Shown: positions 10,135 through 17,699 of the stretch, piece by piece | Layout of the letters: each line of letters starts with the position of its first letter | Numbering within the stretch: the stretch's first letter is position 1 | Assembly (NCBI GenBank): GCA_040905425.1 | Contig: JBBDRO010000086.1 | Location: 1-21,382, forward strand | Source: Gemmatimonadota bacterium | GTDB taxonomy: Bacteria; Gemmatimonadota; Gemmatimonadetes; Longimicrobiales; RSA9 | Reading direction: 5' to 3' | DNA: 21,382 nucleotides | Made by a program: the position numbers and the translations under genes | The notes under the pieces: generated by a model | Databases searched by the model: none | Told to the model about the DNA's origin: nothing | The model's input: only the letters and a program-made list of their open reading frames with translations

Positions 10135-10572
10135 ATGAAGGCACGCGAACTCATGACCCAGAACCCGCAGAGCGTCACGCGCCAGGATTCGCTGCAGCGC
10201 GCCGCCCAGATCATGCGGGACCATGACACCGGCTTCGTCCCGGTGGTGGACAGCACCGAGGGCATGCGCCTGGAGGGGGTCATCACGGACCGCGACATTG
10301 CCGTCCGGCACGTGGCCGAGGGCCACACCGGCGAGTGCAGCGTGGAGGAGGCCATGTCCAAGGGCCAGCTTCGCATCTGCGGCCCCGAGGACAGCGACAA
10401 ACAGGTCATGGAGGCCATGAAGAGCGCCCAGGTGCGCCGCATTCCGGTGGTGGAGAATGACCGGCTGGTAGGGGTCATCTCCCAGGCCGACCTGGCGCTC
10501 CAGGAGAACGATCGCGAGACGGGCGACGTGGTGGAGAAGATCTCGGAGCCCACCGGCCAGCCGCGCGCCTGA
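10135..10572 (+). CDS. Stand-alone CBS-pair protein
   Basis: AGGAGG at 10122-10127 precedes ATG 10135. Motifs MKARELMT, GVITDRDI, VRRIPVV and LVGVISQADL. Confidence 0.92.
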   Translation: MKARELMTQNPQSVTRQDSLQRAAQIMRDHDTGFVPVVDSTEGMRLEGVITDRDIAVRHVAEGHTGECSVEEAMSKGQLRICGPEDSDKQVMEAMKSAQVRRIPVVENDRLVGVISQADLALQENDRETGDVVEKISEPTGQPRA

Positions 10573-10665
10573 GCCGGCGCGGCGCGGGGCCGCCACCGCC
10601 ATCCGCGACAACGCGCGGAAAAGGCGCCCCGGCGGAGGTCGGTGGCTGATCAAGAAGCCCCTGTG

Positions 10666-10705
10666 CCAGAGGGGGGTCCGGCGGTTGACGCCGACCCCCC
10701 TCTGG
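10666..10705. repeat. Inverted repeat/hairpin overlapping the stable-RNA promoter
   Basis: CCAGAGGGGGGTC (10666-10678) pairs perfectly with GACCCCCCTCTGG (10693-10705), with an inner GGCG/CGCC stem around a GTTGA loop. Confidence 0.85.
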
Positions 10706-10713
10706 ACTACATT
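10685..10713 (+). promoter_or_regulatory. Sigma70 promoter of the tRNA-rnpB-tRNA operon
   Basis: TTGACG, 17-nt spacer, TACATT, about 85 nt upstream of the first tRNA. Confidence 0.7.
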
Positions 10714-10796
10714 TGAACGTCTGGACTGCATCCGAATCGCCCCGCTCGCTCGAGTCCCGCGCGACTCCTACGGCGGGGCGCGCTGTCCGGCCCAGG

Positions 10797-10870
10797 GCGC
10801 CCGTAGCTCAATTGGATAGAGCACCTGACTACGGATCAGGAGGTTTCAGGTTCGAGTCCTGACGGGCGCA
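10797..10870 (+). tRNA. tRNA-Arg(ACG), CCA not encoded
   Basis: Acceptor GCGCCCG/CGGGCGC-A, D arm TAGCTCAATTGGATAGAGC, anticodon arm CCTGA-CTACGGA-TCAGG, T loop TTCGAGT. Confidence 0.97.
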
Positions 10871-10916
10871 TGATACACCATCCCCCGTTGGGGATCGCGG
10901 GCGGGTGACCGCCCGT

Positions 10917-10929
10917 TGCTGTTTGACAA
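10917..10929 (+). promoter_or_regulatory. boxA-like antitermination element preceded by hairpins
   Basis: TGCTGTTTGACA matches the E. coli rrn boxA TGCTCTTTAACA at 10 of 12 positions. It follows the stem GCGGGCGG/CCGCCCGT. Confidence 0.45.
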
Positions 10930-11303
10930 CCGGGAGACGAGTGCGGATCGCGGCCGCGGCCTGCGGGCCTGTGGTCGAGGAAAGTCCGAGCTCCGCAGGG
11001 CAGGGTGCCGGCTAACGGCCGGGCGCCGCGAGGCGATGGAAAGTGCAACAGAGAGTAGACCGCCGATGGCCCCTTCAGGGGCACAGGCAAGGGTGAAACG
11101 GTGGGGTAAGAGCCCACCGCGCTCCCGGCAACGGTGAGCGGCACGGCAAACCCCACCTGGAGCAAGGCCGAATAAGGAACGAGGCGTAGCCCGCGCCATT
11201 CGAGTTCCGGGTAGGCCGCACGAGGCATGATGAGAGTCGTGTCCCAGAGAAATGATCCGCCCGCGCTCCGGCGTGGACAGAACTCGGCTTATTCGTCTCC
11301 CGG
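10930..11303 (+). ncRNA. rnpB: RNase P RNA, bacterial type A
   Basis: P1 CCGGGAGACGAGT/ATTCGTCTCCCGG, P4 halves GAGGAAAGTCC and ACAGAACTCGGCTTA, plus GGAAAGTGCAACAGAG, GGGTGAAACGGTGGGGTAAGAGCCCACCG and GGAGCAAGGCC. Confidence 0.97.
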
Positions 11304-11344
11304 TGCACAGCGGCCGGCGCCCCGTAGGGGCGGCCCGGCATGAC

Positions 11345-11418
11345 GCGCCCGTAGCTCAGCTGGATAGAGCGCTTGCCTCCGGAGCAAGAGGTCACAGGTT
11401 CGACTCCTGTCGGGCGCA
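11345..11418 (+). tRNA. tRNA-Arg(CCG), CCA not encoded
   Basis: Acceptor GCGCCCG/CGGGCGC-A, anticodon arm CTTGC-CTCCGGA-GCAAG, T arm ACAGG-TTCGACT-CCTGT. Confidence 0.97.
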
Positions 11419-11426
11419 TTGATATG

Positions 11427-11475
11427 ACGACGAGAGCCCCACCCGGTGCCGCTGACCAGGTGGGGCTCTCGTCGT
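11427..11475. terminator. Strong hairpin between convergent units, likely bidirectional terminator
   Basis: ACGACGAGAGCCCCACC/GGTGGGGCTCTCGTCGT is a perfect 17-bp stem starting 8 nt after the tRNA. No U-tract. Confidence 0.7.
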
Positions 11476-11578
11476 GCGGGGCCGCGGCTCCCCGGGTGCA
11501 AGCCCCGACCCCGACGGCCCGGGTAGGTTCCGCCGCGGAGGCGGTGTCCGGTCTTCCGCGGCGCCGGTGGCCGGTTAT

Positions 11579-12103
11579 TCAGCCAGCCGCCTCCCCGCGT
11601 GGTGTGCGGCCGGCACGGGACTCCAGCAGGGACTCCGTGAAGCGCAGCCGCTCCTCCAGTCGTTCCAGCCTCTCCTCGAGCGCGAAGTCATCGCGCTTTC
11701 CCGGCGCTTCCACCCGGGCCTCCGCAGCGGCCTCGGCGGCCAGGCGCCTCCCCGGCAGCCACAGCCCGAGCCAGACCAGCAGGGACACCGCCAGCACGAG
11801 CAGTCCGAAGAGCGTGGTAATCAGCGATATGCCGAACCCGCCCCAGATCAGGGATGTGTGCATGGTGCCCGCCCGCTCCACATTACGGGCTATCTGCATC
11901 CACCCCACCACCGTGCCCAGGACGCCCAGCACCACGGCGAAACCGCCCCAGAAGGGTATGGCGGCGATCGCGGCGTGCGCTCGGGGCGAGCGCTCCGTGT
12001 CCAGCAGCCTGCGACCGCCCTTGGCAGCCAGGGCAAGGACGATGAGCGCGCACACGAGGATCGGCCACATCATGAAGCCGCCGTTGTGGAAGAGTTCGAT
12101 CAC
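11579..12103 (-). CDS. Small MotA/TolQ/ExbB-like 3-TM protein with a C-terminal coiled-coil tail
   Basis: GGFMMWPILVC, LGVLGTVVG and GISLITTLFGL match ExbB/TolQ TM motifs. GGAGG RBS; the GTG overlaps the upstream TGA. Confidence 0.8.
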   Translation of the reverse strand: MIELFHNGGFMMWPILVCALIVLALAAKGGRRLLDTERSPRAHAAIAAIPFWGGFAVVLGVLGTVVGWMQIARNVERAGTMHTSLIWGGFGISLITTLFGLLVLAVSLLVWLGLWLPGRRLAAEAAAEARVEAPGKRDDFALEERLERLEERLRFTESLLESRAGRTPRGEAAG

Positions 12104-12870
12104 GGGACACCTCCAGTTGGATTCGAGTGCGTGGCTGGCACGGGCTGGCCCGCCTCCGCCCGCTCGACGGCGAGCGCCCTCCGGCGCAGGTGGAACCAGG
12201 CAAGGACGCCGCCCAGCCCCGACGTCAGCCCCAGGGCAAAGACTTCTGAAGCGCGCCGGAGCCGGGGCAACAACATGTCGGCCGACATGTTGCCGAGCCG
12301 GTTGACGTCATCGGCGATGCGGGACATCTCCCACACCCAGCCGAATCCTCCCACCAGCACGGCCGCGGCGGCCAGGACCATGAGCGGCATGAGGCCGGCC
12401 CGCAGCGACCCCGGCCGGTGGTCCTGCTTCACGACGAGCCGGAAGAATACCGCGCCGGTCACGGCCAGCGTGCCCGCCGCAAGCAGCAGCACCGGCCACA
12501 AGAAGGGCGAGGCGTCATTCAGGATGCCCTGGCCGGCCAGCGCGTTCGCGCCGACCAGCATGCCCACTAGCGTGATGCCTGTCAGCAGCCCCCGCTCCAC
12601 GCGGTGCCGACTCCCGTCGGAGAAGCGCGCCAGCAGCCGCTCCCAGGCCGGGCGGTGCACCTGCACCAGCGCCTCCACCGCCTCGGGTGACGCCCCGAGC
12701 GCCGCCTCCGCCCGCCGCAGCGCGTCCGCCTCGGCCAGGCCACGAGCCCGATAGGCCGCGTACAGATCCTCCAGATCGGCGGCCATCTCGTGGAGGATGC
12801 ACGCCCGGGTCGGCTGCGGCACCGTGAGGCGCGCCTCGACGCGCTGGAGCACGGCAGCAAAGCGGGTCAT
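12100..12870 (-). CDS. Membrane protein with an N-terminal HAAS-like helical domain and a degenerate ExbB-like TM region
   Basis: N-terminus ILHEMAADLEDLYAAYRARGLAEADALRRAEAALG is typical of PadR-associated HAAS/permease-prefix domains. About 4 TM segments. Confidence 0.75.
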   Translation of the reverse strand: MTRFAAVLQRVEARLTVPQPTRACILHEMAADLEDLYAAYRARGLAEADALRRAEAALGASPEAVEALVQVHRPAWERLLARFSDGSRHRVERGLLTGITLVGMLVGANALAGQGILNDASPFLWPVLLLAAGTLAVTGAVFFRLVVKQDHRPGSLRAGLMPLMVLAAAAVLVGGFGWVWEMSRIADDVNRLGNMSADMLLPRLRRASEVFALGLTSGLGGVLAWFHLRRRALAVERAEAGQPVPATHSNPTGGVP

Positions 12871-12877
12871 CGGGTCC

Positions 12878-13243
12878 TCAACCCGTGGCCAGGCCCGGCA
12901 TCAGCCCGTTGCCGTCGCCGAGCACGCCGAGGAGGCGGGCAAACACCTCCCGCACCTCTCCGGTTCCCTCGCCCAGGCGCGCCCGTCCCGGACGCGTCAG
13001 CACGTATTCCTTGCGCTTCCGACCGTCCCCGGCAGACCACTCGCCCGCGATGAGCCCCTCGCGCTCGAGCCGGTGGAGGATGGGGTAGAGGGTGCCGTGC
13101 TGGAGGTTGAACATCCCCGCGCTCCGCTCCTCCAGCTCCAGGGCGATCTGGTAGCCGTGCATGGGGCCCTCCCGTAGCGCGGAGAGGACGAGGAGTTCGT
13201 TGATGCTCTTGGCGAACGACTGGGTGTCCAGCGTCGAGTGCAT
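12878..13243 (-). CDS. PadR-family transcriptional regulator
   Basis: LLVLSALREGPMHGYQI, GTLYPILHRLEREGLI and RKRKEYVLTRPGR. Confidence 0.95.
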   Translation of the reverse strand: MHSTLDTQSFAKSINELLVLSALREGPMHGYQIALELEERSAGMFNLQHGTLYPILHRLEREGLIAGEWSAGDGRKRKEYVLTRPGRARLGEGTGEVREVFARLLGVLGDGNGLMPGLATG

Positions 13244-13267
13244 GGGTCCGCAGCCTGTGTCGGCGGG

Positions 13268-13292
13268 CTATATGTTGACGATCTATACATAG
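13268..13292. promoter_or_regulatory. AT-rich imperfect palindrome, candidate PadR operator
   Basis: CTATATGTTGACGATCTATACATAG contains TATGT-N11-ACATA and lies about 25 nt upstream of the padR ATG. Confidence 0.55.
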
Positions 13293-13548
13293 CGTGTCTT
13301 TGCCTCGAGCGCAAGGCGGATGAGCAAGGAGCCCCACCCGGCGGCCGGGTGGGGCGAGGTGTGCATACGCATACAAGGCCATTGGAGGTGGGCTGCACCG
13401 TCCGTTAGGGACGCGTCCCCACAGCGGTCGCGGGCATCGCCCGACTGCGCCGCGCGCGGCCGGGTCCGATCATGGTACCGTCAACGCCCCCGCCTCATCG
13501 CGCGCAATCCGGGGCGTCCATCCCCGCCAGCCGCACAGGAGACGGCCC

Positions 13549-14373
13549 ATGGACCGACCCCGGCTGCCGCGCCGCGCCCATGCCCATGCCGCGCTCGCCA
13601 CCACGGCTCTGACCGTGCTCCTTGCGTGCCCGGCGCACCTGGCGGCGCAGTCGGCCGCGGGGTCGCGCTGGGCGGTGGACGCGGTGGTGGCCCGCACCGT
13701 CCAGTCCGACGAACTGGCCTCACCGCTCCGCTACCGCGGACTCGGACCGGGCGTGGCACTCGGCTACGAGCGGGTTGGGCCCACCTCACGCTCGGGTCTC
13801 CAACTCCTCTACATGCGACCTTCGCTCACGTCGGACATCTCGCGTGGGGCCACCTTCGTCGAGGCCGGCCACCGGATGCGGATAAGCGTGCCGCACCTGC
13901 GCAAGGTACGCGAGCGGCAGCGGCTGACGCTCCTGCTCGGCGGCCAACTGGCCGGCGACGCGTACTATCGCCGGCATGATTACGCGCCGTTCTCGGAGCA
14001 CTACCTCGACGCGTTCCTCCTGCTGCAGGTCATGACCGCGGTAGAGTGGCGCCCCGGCCCTGACCTCCGGATCGAGCAGCGCCTTGCGGTGCCGCTGGCA
14101 GGCGTGGCCTGGCGGGGCGCCTACACCGGCCTCAAGTACGGTCCATCGGCTCGCTTCGAGCTGCCGCACCGGCTCCAGGGACTCACCCACTCGGTGGGCG
14201 TGTCACGGGCGGTGGGCTCCGGCGTGGCGCTCCGCGCGGCCCACGAGGTCGGCATGCTGCGCCACCCGGATCCCTGGCGCTTGGCGGTGCTCACCCAGAG
14301 GCTCAGCGTGGGGCTGGAATGGCGGCGCGGTGGCGCGGCGATGGGGCCTGGGGTGACGGAGGCGGGACGATGA
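13549..14373 (+). CDS. Exported protein, probable outer-membrane beta-barrel
   Basis: Signal peptide ending LAA-Q, alternating amphipathic strands (GVALGYER, LSVGLEWR) and ASPLRYRG. GGAG RBS. Confidence 0.65.
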   Translation: MDRPRLPRRAHAHAALATTALTVLLACPAHLAAQSAAGSRWAVDAVVARTVQSDELASPLRYRGLGPGVALGYERVGPTSRSGLQLLYMRPSLTSDISRGATFVEAGHRMRISVPHLRKVRERQRLTLLLGGQLAGDAYYRRHDYAPFSEHYLDAFLLLQVMTAVEWRPGPDLRIEQRLAVPLAGVAWRGAYTGLKYGPSARFELPHRLQGLTHSVGVSRAVGSGVALRAAHEVGMLRHPDPWRLAVLTQRLSVGLEWRRGGAAMGPGVTEAGR

Positions 14374-15383
14374 GGGGCCGCGGATCCTTCGTGCCCGTGC
14401 TGGTGCTCCTCCTGGCCGGCTGCGACGCGCTCCTCTACGGTCCGGAGCCCGCCGCCGATCCGGAGACGGTCATCGACCTCATGTGGCGGGAGGTGGATCT
14501 CCACTACGCCGCGTTCGCCGAGAAGGGGGTGGACTGGGACGTGGTCCATGCCACCTACCGGCCTCGCGTGGGTCCGCACACCTCCGCGGTCGAGTTGCGC
14601 GCCACGGCTATAGCCATGCTGAGCGAGTTGCGGGACGGTCACGTCAGCCTGACCACGCCGCAGGGCGGGTGGGCCTGGGATGGCTGGAGGGCGGGTCGCC
14701 CGGAGAATTACGACCCGGCCGTGGTGCGGAAATACGTCGTGGGCGGTCTGTCAGGGACGCCCGGCGGGCGCATCACCTACGGGCGCTTGAACGGCGGAGC
14801 GGGCTACATCCACATTCGCGACTTCACAGGTGCCGGATGGGCCGGTGACATCGACCGTGCAGTGAGCGCCCTGGCGGACGTCCCCGCACTGGTGATCGAC
14901 GTGCGCGGCAACGGTGGCGGCACGGATAACCTGATGTACCCCATCGCGGGCCGCTTCGCCGACCGGAAGCGGCACTTCGCGACCGTCTACTTCCGCGACG
15001 GCCCGGCCCACGATGACTTCCATGAGGGCATCGAGCGTTTCATCGAGCCCCGGGGCGAGCGGCGCTTCACCGGGCCCACCATCCTGCTCACCAATCGCCG
15101 CGTGTTCAGCACCGGCGAGGCATTCGTATCCGCGCTCGGGGTGCTGCCGCACGTCACCGTGGTCGGAGACACCACGGGCGGCGGTGCCGGCAATCCGATC
15201 AATCGCGAGCTGCCCAACGGTTGGAGCTTTCGCGTGCCGCGCTCGAAGGCCGTGACCGCGGGCGGCCTGAATTACGAAGGTGTGGGCCTGCCCCCGGATG
15301 TCCCGGTGCAGATCGAGGAGGCAGACGCGGCGGCGGGGCGCGACACCATCCTGGAGCGCGCCCTGGCGCTGCTGGCCGGCTAG
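14370..15383 (+). CDS. S41-family (tricorn/IRBP-like) serine peptidase, lipoprotein
   Basis: ATGA overlap with the upstream gene. Lipobox LLAG-C, LRDGHV, GYIHI, LVIDVRGNGGG, catalytic FSTGEAF, VVGDTTGG and EGVGLPPD. Confidence 0.93.
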   Translation: MRGRGSFVPVLVLLLAGCDALLYGPEPAADPETVIDLMWREVDLHYAAFAEKGVDWDVVHATYRPRVGPHTSAVELRATAIAMLSELRDGHVSLTTPQGGWAWDGWRAGRPENYDPAVVRKYVVGGLSGTPGGRITYGRLNGGAGYIHIRDFTGAGWAGDIDRAVSALADVPALVIDVRGNGGGTDNLMYPIAGRFADRKRHFATVYFRDGPAHDDFHEGIERFIEPRGERRFTGPTILLTNRRVFSTGEAFVSALGVLPHVTVVGDTTGGGAGNPINRELPNGWSFRVPRSKAVTAGGLNYEGVGLPPDVPVQIEEADAAAGRDTILERALALLAG

Positions 15384-15519
15384 GCGGGCTGCCCATCGGT
15401 GGGTCAGGGCGCCGACGCGCTTGACCAGCGCGGCGCTCTCCGCCCAGGTTGCAGCCGGAAGTTGATCACGGCCGCTGTGCTTGCTTGTTCCCGGCGCCTC
15501 CTCGCAAACGACGCCCCCG

Positions 15520-16731
15520 ATGCGAACGATCCTCACGCTGCTCCCAGGACTGTGCCTTCTCCTCTCCGCGTGTGGCGCGGCGGACCCGACCGCGGACTTC
15601 GACCCCACCGCGGCCGTGCATGACAGCGCCGGCATTCGCATGGTGACCAATCCGGATGTCCCCCTGCCTCGCTGGACGGTGGACAGCGTCCCCGCGCTGA
15701 CCATCGGCACGCTGGAAGGACTGGACGGGCACGACCTGGGCAACCCCCGCGGCTCGGTGCGTCTGCCGGATGGCGGCGTGGCCATCTCCGATTATACCAC
15801 GCGACAGCTGCGGTTCTACGACCGCACCGGGAAGCACGTGCGCTCCGTGGGCGGCCGGGGGAGCGGGCCCGGAGAATTTGCCTCGGTGGCCGTCATTTAC
15901 AGGGGGCGTGGTGACTCGCTCGTGGTGTCGGACACCGGGCGGCGCCGGCTCACCATCCTGGACGCTCAGGGTGAGCTGGGACGAACCCTCTCGTTGGATG
16001 ACTGGGACGGACCGCAGCCGCTGCTGCGGGGGCTGCTGCACGATTCGATCGTGGTGTTCCGGGTCATCCATCGCGGGTCGGGTGTAGCGCCGATCGGGTC
16101 GTACCGCGAACCGGTGGAGGTTTTCTACCGTTCGCTTGACGGCGGTGCGTACCGATCTATCGGCCACTTCCCGGGTGGCCTGAGGTTCCGCATCGTGGAT
16201 CCCGACGGTGTGGGTGGCTGGGGTCCTGCGGTGCCCTACAACCGGGAGTTTCAGGCGGCCGTGACGGATTCACAGGTGTGGATCGGCGAGGCCGAAGGCT
16301 ACGGTTTCGAGGTCTATGACGTAGCCGGCCGGCTACGCTCGATCGTGCGGCTCGATCGGCCAGGCAGCCCGGTGGGCCCGGCCGAGCGTGACCATTGGCA
16401 CGAGCGCCAGCGGGCCCTGGACGATCGTGAGGTGTGGCAGCGGCGCGTGCGGCAGGCGGCGGAGCTGGTCCCGTTCCCGCCGGTCATGCCGCCGTATTCC
16501 ACCATGCTCGCGGACGCGAACGGGCGGATCTGGGTCGGCGAGTATCAGCCACCGGGTGCCACGGAGCCGCAAAGCTGGCGGGTGTTCGACGCGGACGGCC
16601 AGCAGCTGGCCACCACCACCATGCCGCAGGGCGTCAGCGTGCACCAGATCGGTGATGATTATGTGCTCGGCAGGTGGACGGGTAACCTCGGCGTACCCCA
16701 CGTAGGGGTGTTCCGCATTGCCTTCGAGTAA
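15520..16731 (+). CDS. Lipoprotein, probable 6-bladed beta-propeller (NHL-like)
   Basis: Lipobox LLSA-C, RFYDRTGKHVRSVGGRGSGPGEF, DANGRIWV and WRVFDADG. Confidence 0.82.
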   Translation: MRTILTLLPGLCLLLSACGAADPTADFDPTAAVHDSAGIRMVTNPDVPLPRWTVDSVPALTIGTLEGLDGHDLGNPRGSVRLPDGGVAISDYTTRQLRFYDRTGKHVRSVGGRGSGPGEFASVAVIYRGRGDSLVVSDTGRRRLTILDAQGELGRTLSLDDWDGPQPLLRGLLHDSIVVFRVIHRGSGVAPIGSYREPVEVFYRSLDGGAYRSIGHFPGGLRFRIVDPDGVGGWGPAVPYNREFQAAVTDSQVWIGEAEGYGFEVYDVAGRLRSIVRLDRPGSPVGPAERDHWHERQRALDDREVWQRRVRQAAELVPFPPVMPPYSTMLADANGRIWVGEYQPPGATEPQSWRVFDADGQQLATTTMPQGVSVHQIGDDYVLGRWTGNLGVPHVGVFRIAFE

Positions 16732-16756
16732 TCACGCACCGGCCCAACGCTGCCCC

Positions 16757-17673
16757 TCACACCCCCAGCAGCGTCGCCGCGGTCTCGTGGCTGATGGCCC
16801 GCCGCTCCGCCGCCGAGAGCCCCGCCCCCGCCAGCATCTCCTTCATGTGCGGGATGCTGCCGATCTGGTGCGGGTAGTCACTGCCGGCCAGGATCTGCGA
16901 GGCGCCGGCGAAATCAACGGCCAGGCGGAGCGCCGCAGGGTCGAAGTTCACGCCGTCGTAGTAGAAGGCGCGCAGGTACTCGGAGGGCGGGCGGTCAATG
17001 TGCTCGCGGCATTCCTCGAACGCGTGCCAGCCGCGGTCCAGCCGCGGTCCAGCCGCTCGGCCAGGTAGGGGATGGTCCCGCCCAGGTGCCCGAGCACCCA
17101 GCGGATGTTCGGAAAGCGCTCCGGGACGCCGCGGAAGACCAGGTGCGCGGCGGACAGGGTGGTATCCATCAGAAAGCCCACCAGCGGCATCAGCCAGTAG
17201 TCGGTCATGGCCTCCACGCCGGGCGGCGCGGTGGGGTGGATGTGGATCACCGCGCCCAGCGCGTCCGCCCGCTCCCAGAGGGGTAGGAAGCGGTCGTCGG
17301 CCAGCGCCATGCCGTTCACGTTGGCAAAGACCATGGCGCCCGGCAGCGCCAGTTCGCGGACGGCGCGCTGCAGTTCGTCGGCCGCGGCGGCGGGGTCGTT
17401 CAAGGGGAGCGTGGCGTACGCCGCGAAGCGGCCCGCAGGGCGCTTCGAAGCCGCCGCGAAATCGTCGTTTACGAGACGCGCCAGCGTCACCGCCCGCGCC
17501 GGATCTTCCACGTGGGTGCCCGGCGTGGTGAGGGAGACCACCTGCAGCTCCACGTCCTCGCCGGCCAGCACCTCTTCCCGGTAGTCCAGATCGCGATGGC
17601 CCTGCACGGCCACGTTGTAGTCACCCGGATAGTGGAGCAGCGGATTGCCCTCCTCGTCGTGCGTGATGCGCAC
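16757..17673 (-). pseudogene. Amidohydrolase_2 (ACMSD-like) pseudogene, frameshifted and 5'-truncated
   Basis: Motifs IHIHP, HLGGTIPYLAERLD, FYYDGV and AGSDYPH are split over two frames by an 11-bp duplication. No N-terminal HxH motif; in-frame TGA five codons upstream of 17673. Confidence 0.88.
17027..17056. repeat. 11-bp tandem duplication CCAGCCGCGGT x2 plus CCAGCCGC
   Basis: Read directly from the sequence. Removing one unit restores ERLDRGWHAFEECREHIDRPPSEYLRAFYYD. Confidence 0.95.
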
Positions 17674-17699
17674 GACGGCGCCGCGTCAGAATGGAGGCA

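Noticed and set aside
10923..10928. TTGACA as a dedicated rnpB promoter -35 box
   Set aside because: No -10-like hexamer lies 16-18 nt downstream, and transcription would start inside rnpB.
10836..11501. ORFs overlapping the tRNA/rnpB region
   Set aside because: Fully explained by the structured RNA genes.
15421..15431. TTGACCAGCGC shared with 4291-4301
   Set aside because: An 11-bp match in 21 kb of high-GC sequence with dissimilar flanks is compatible with chance.
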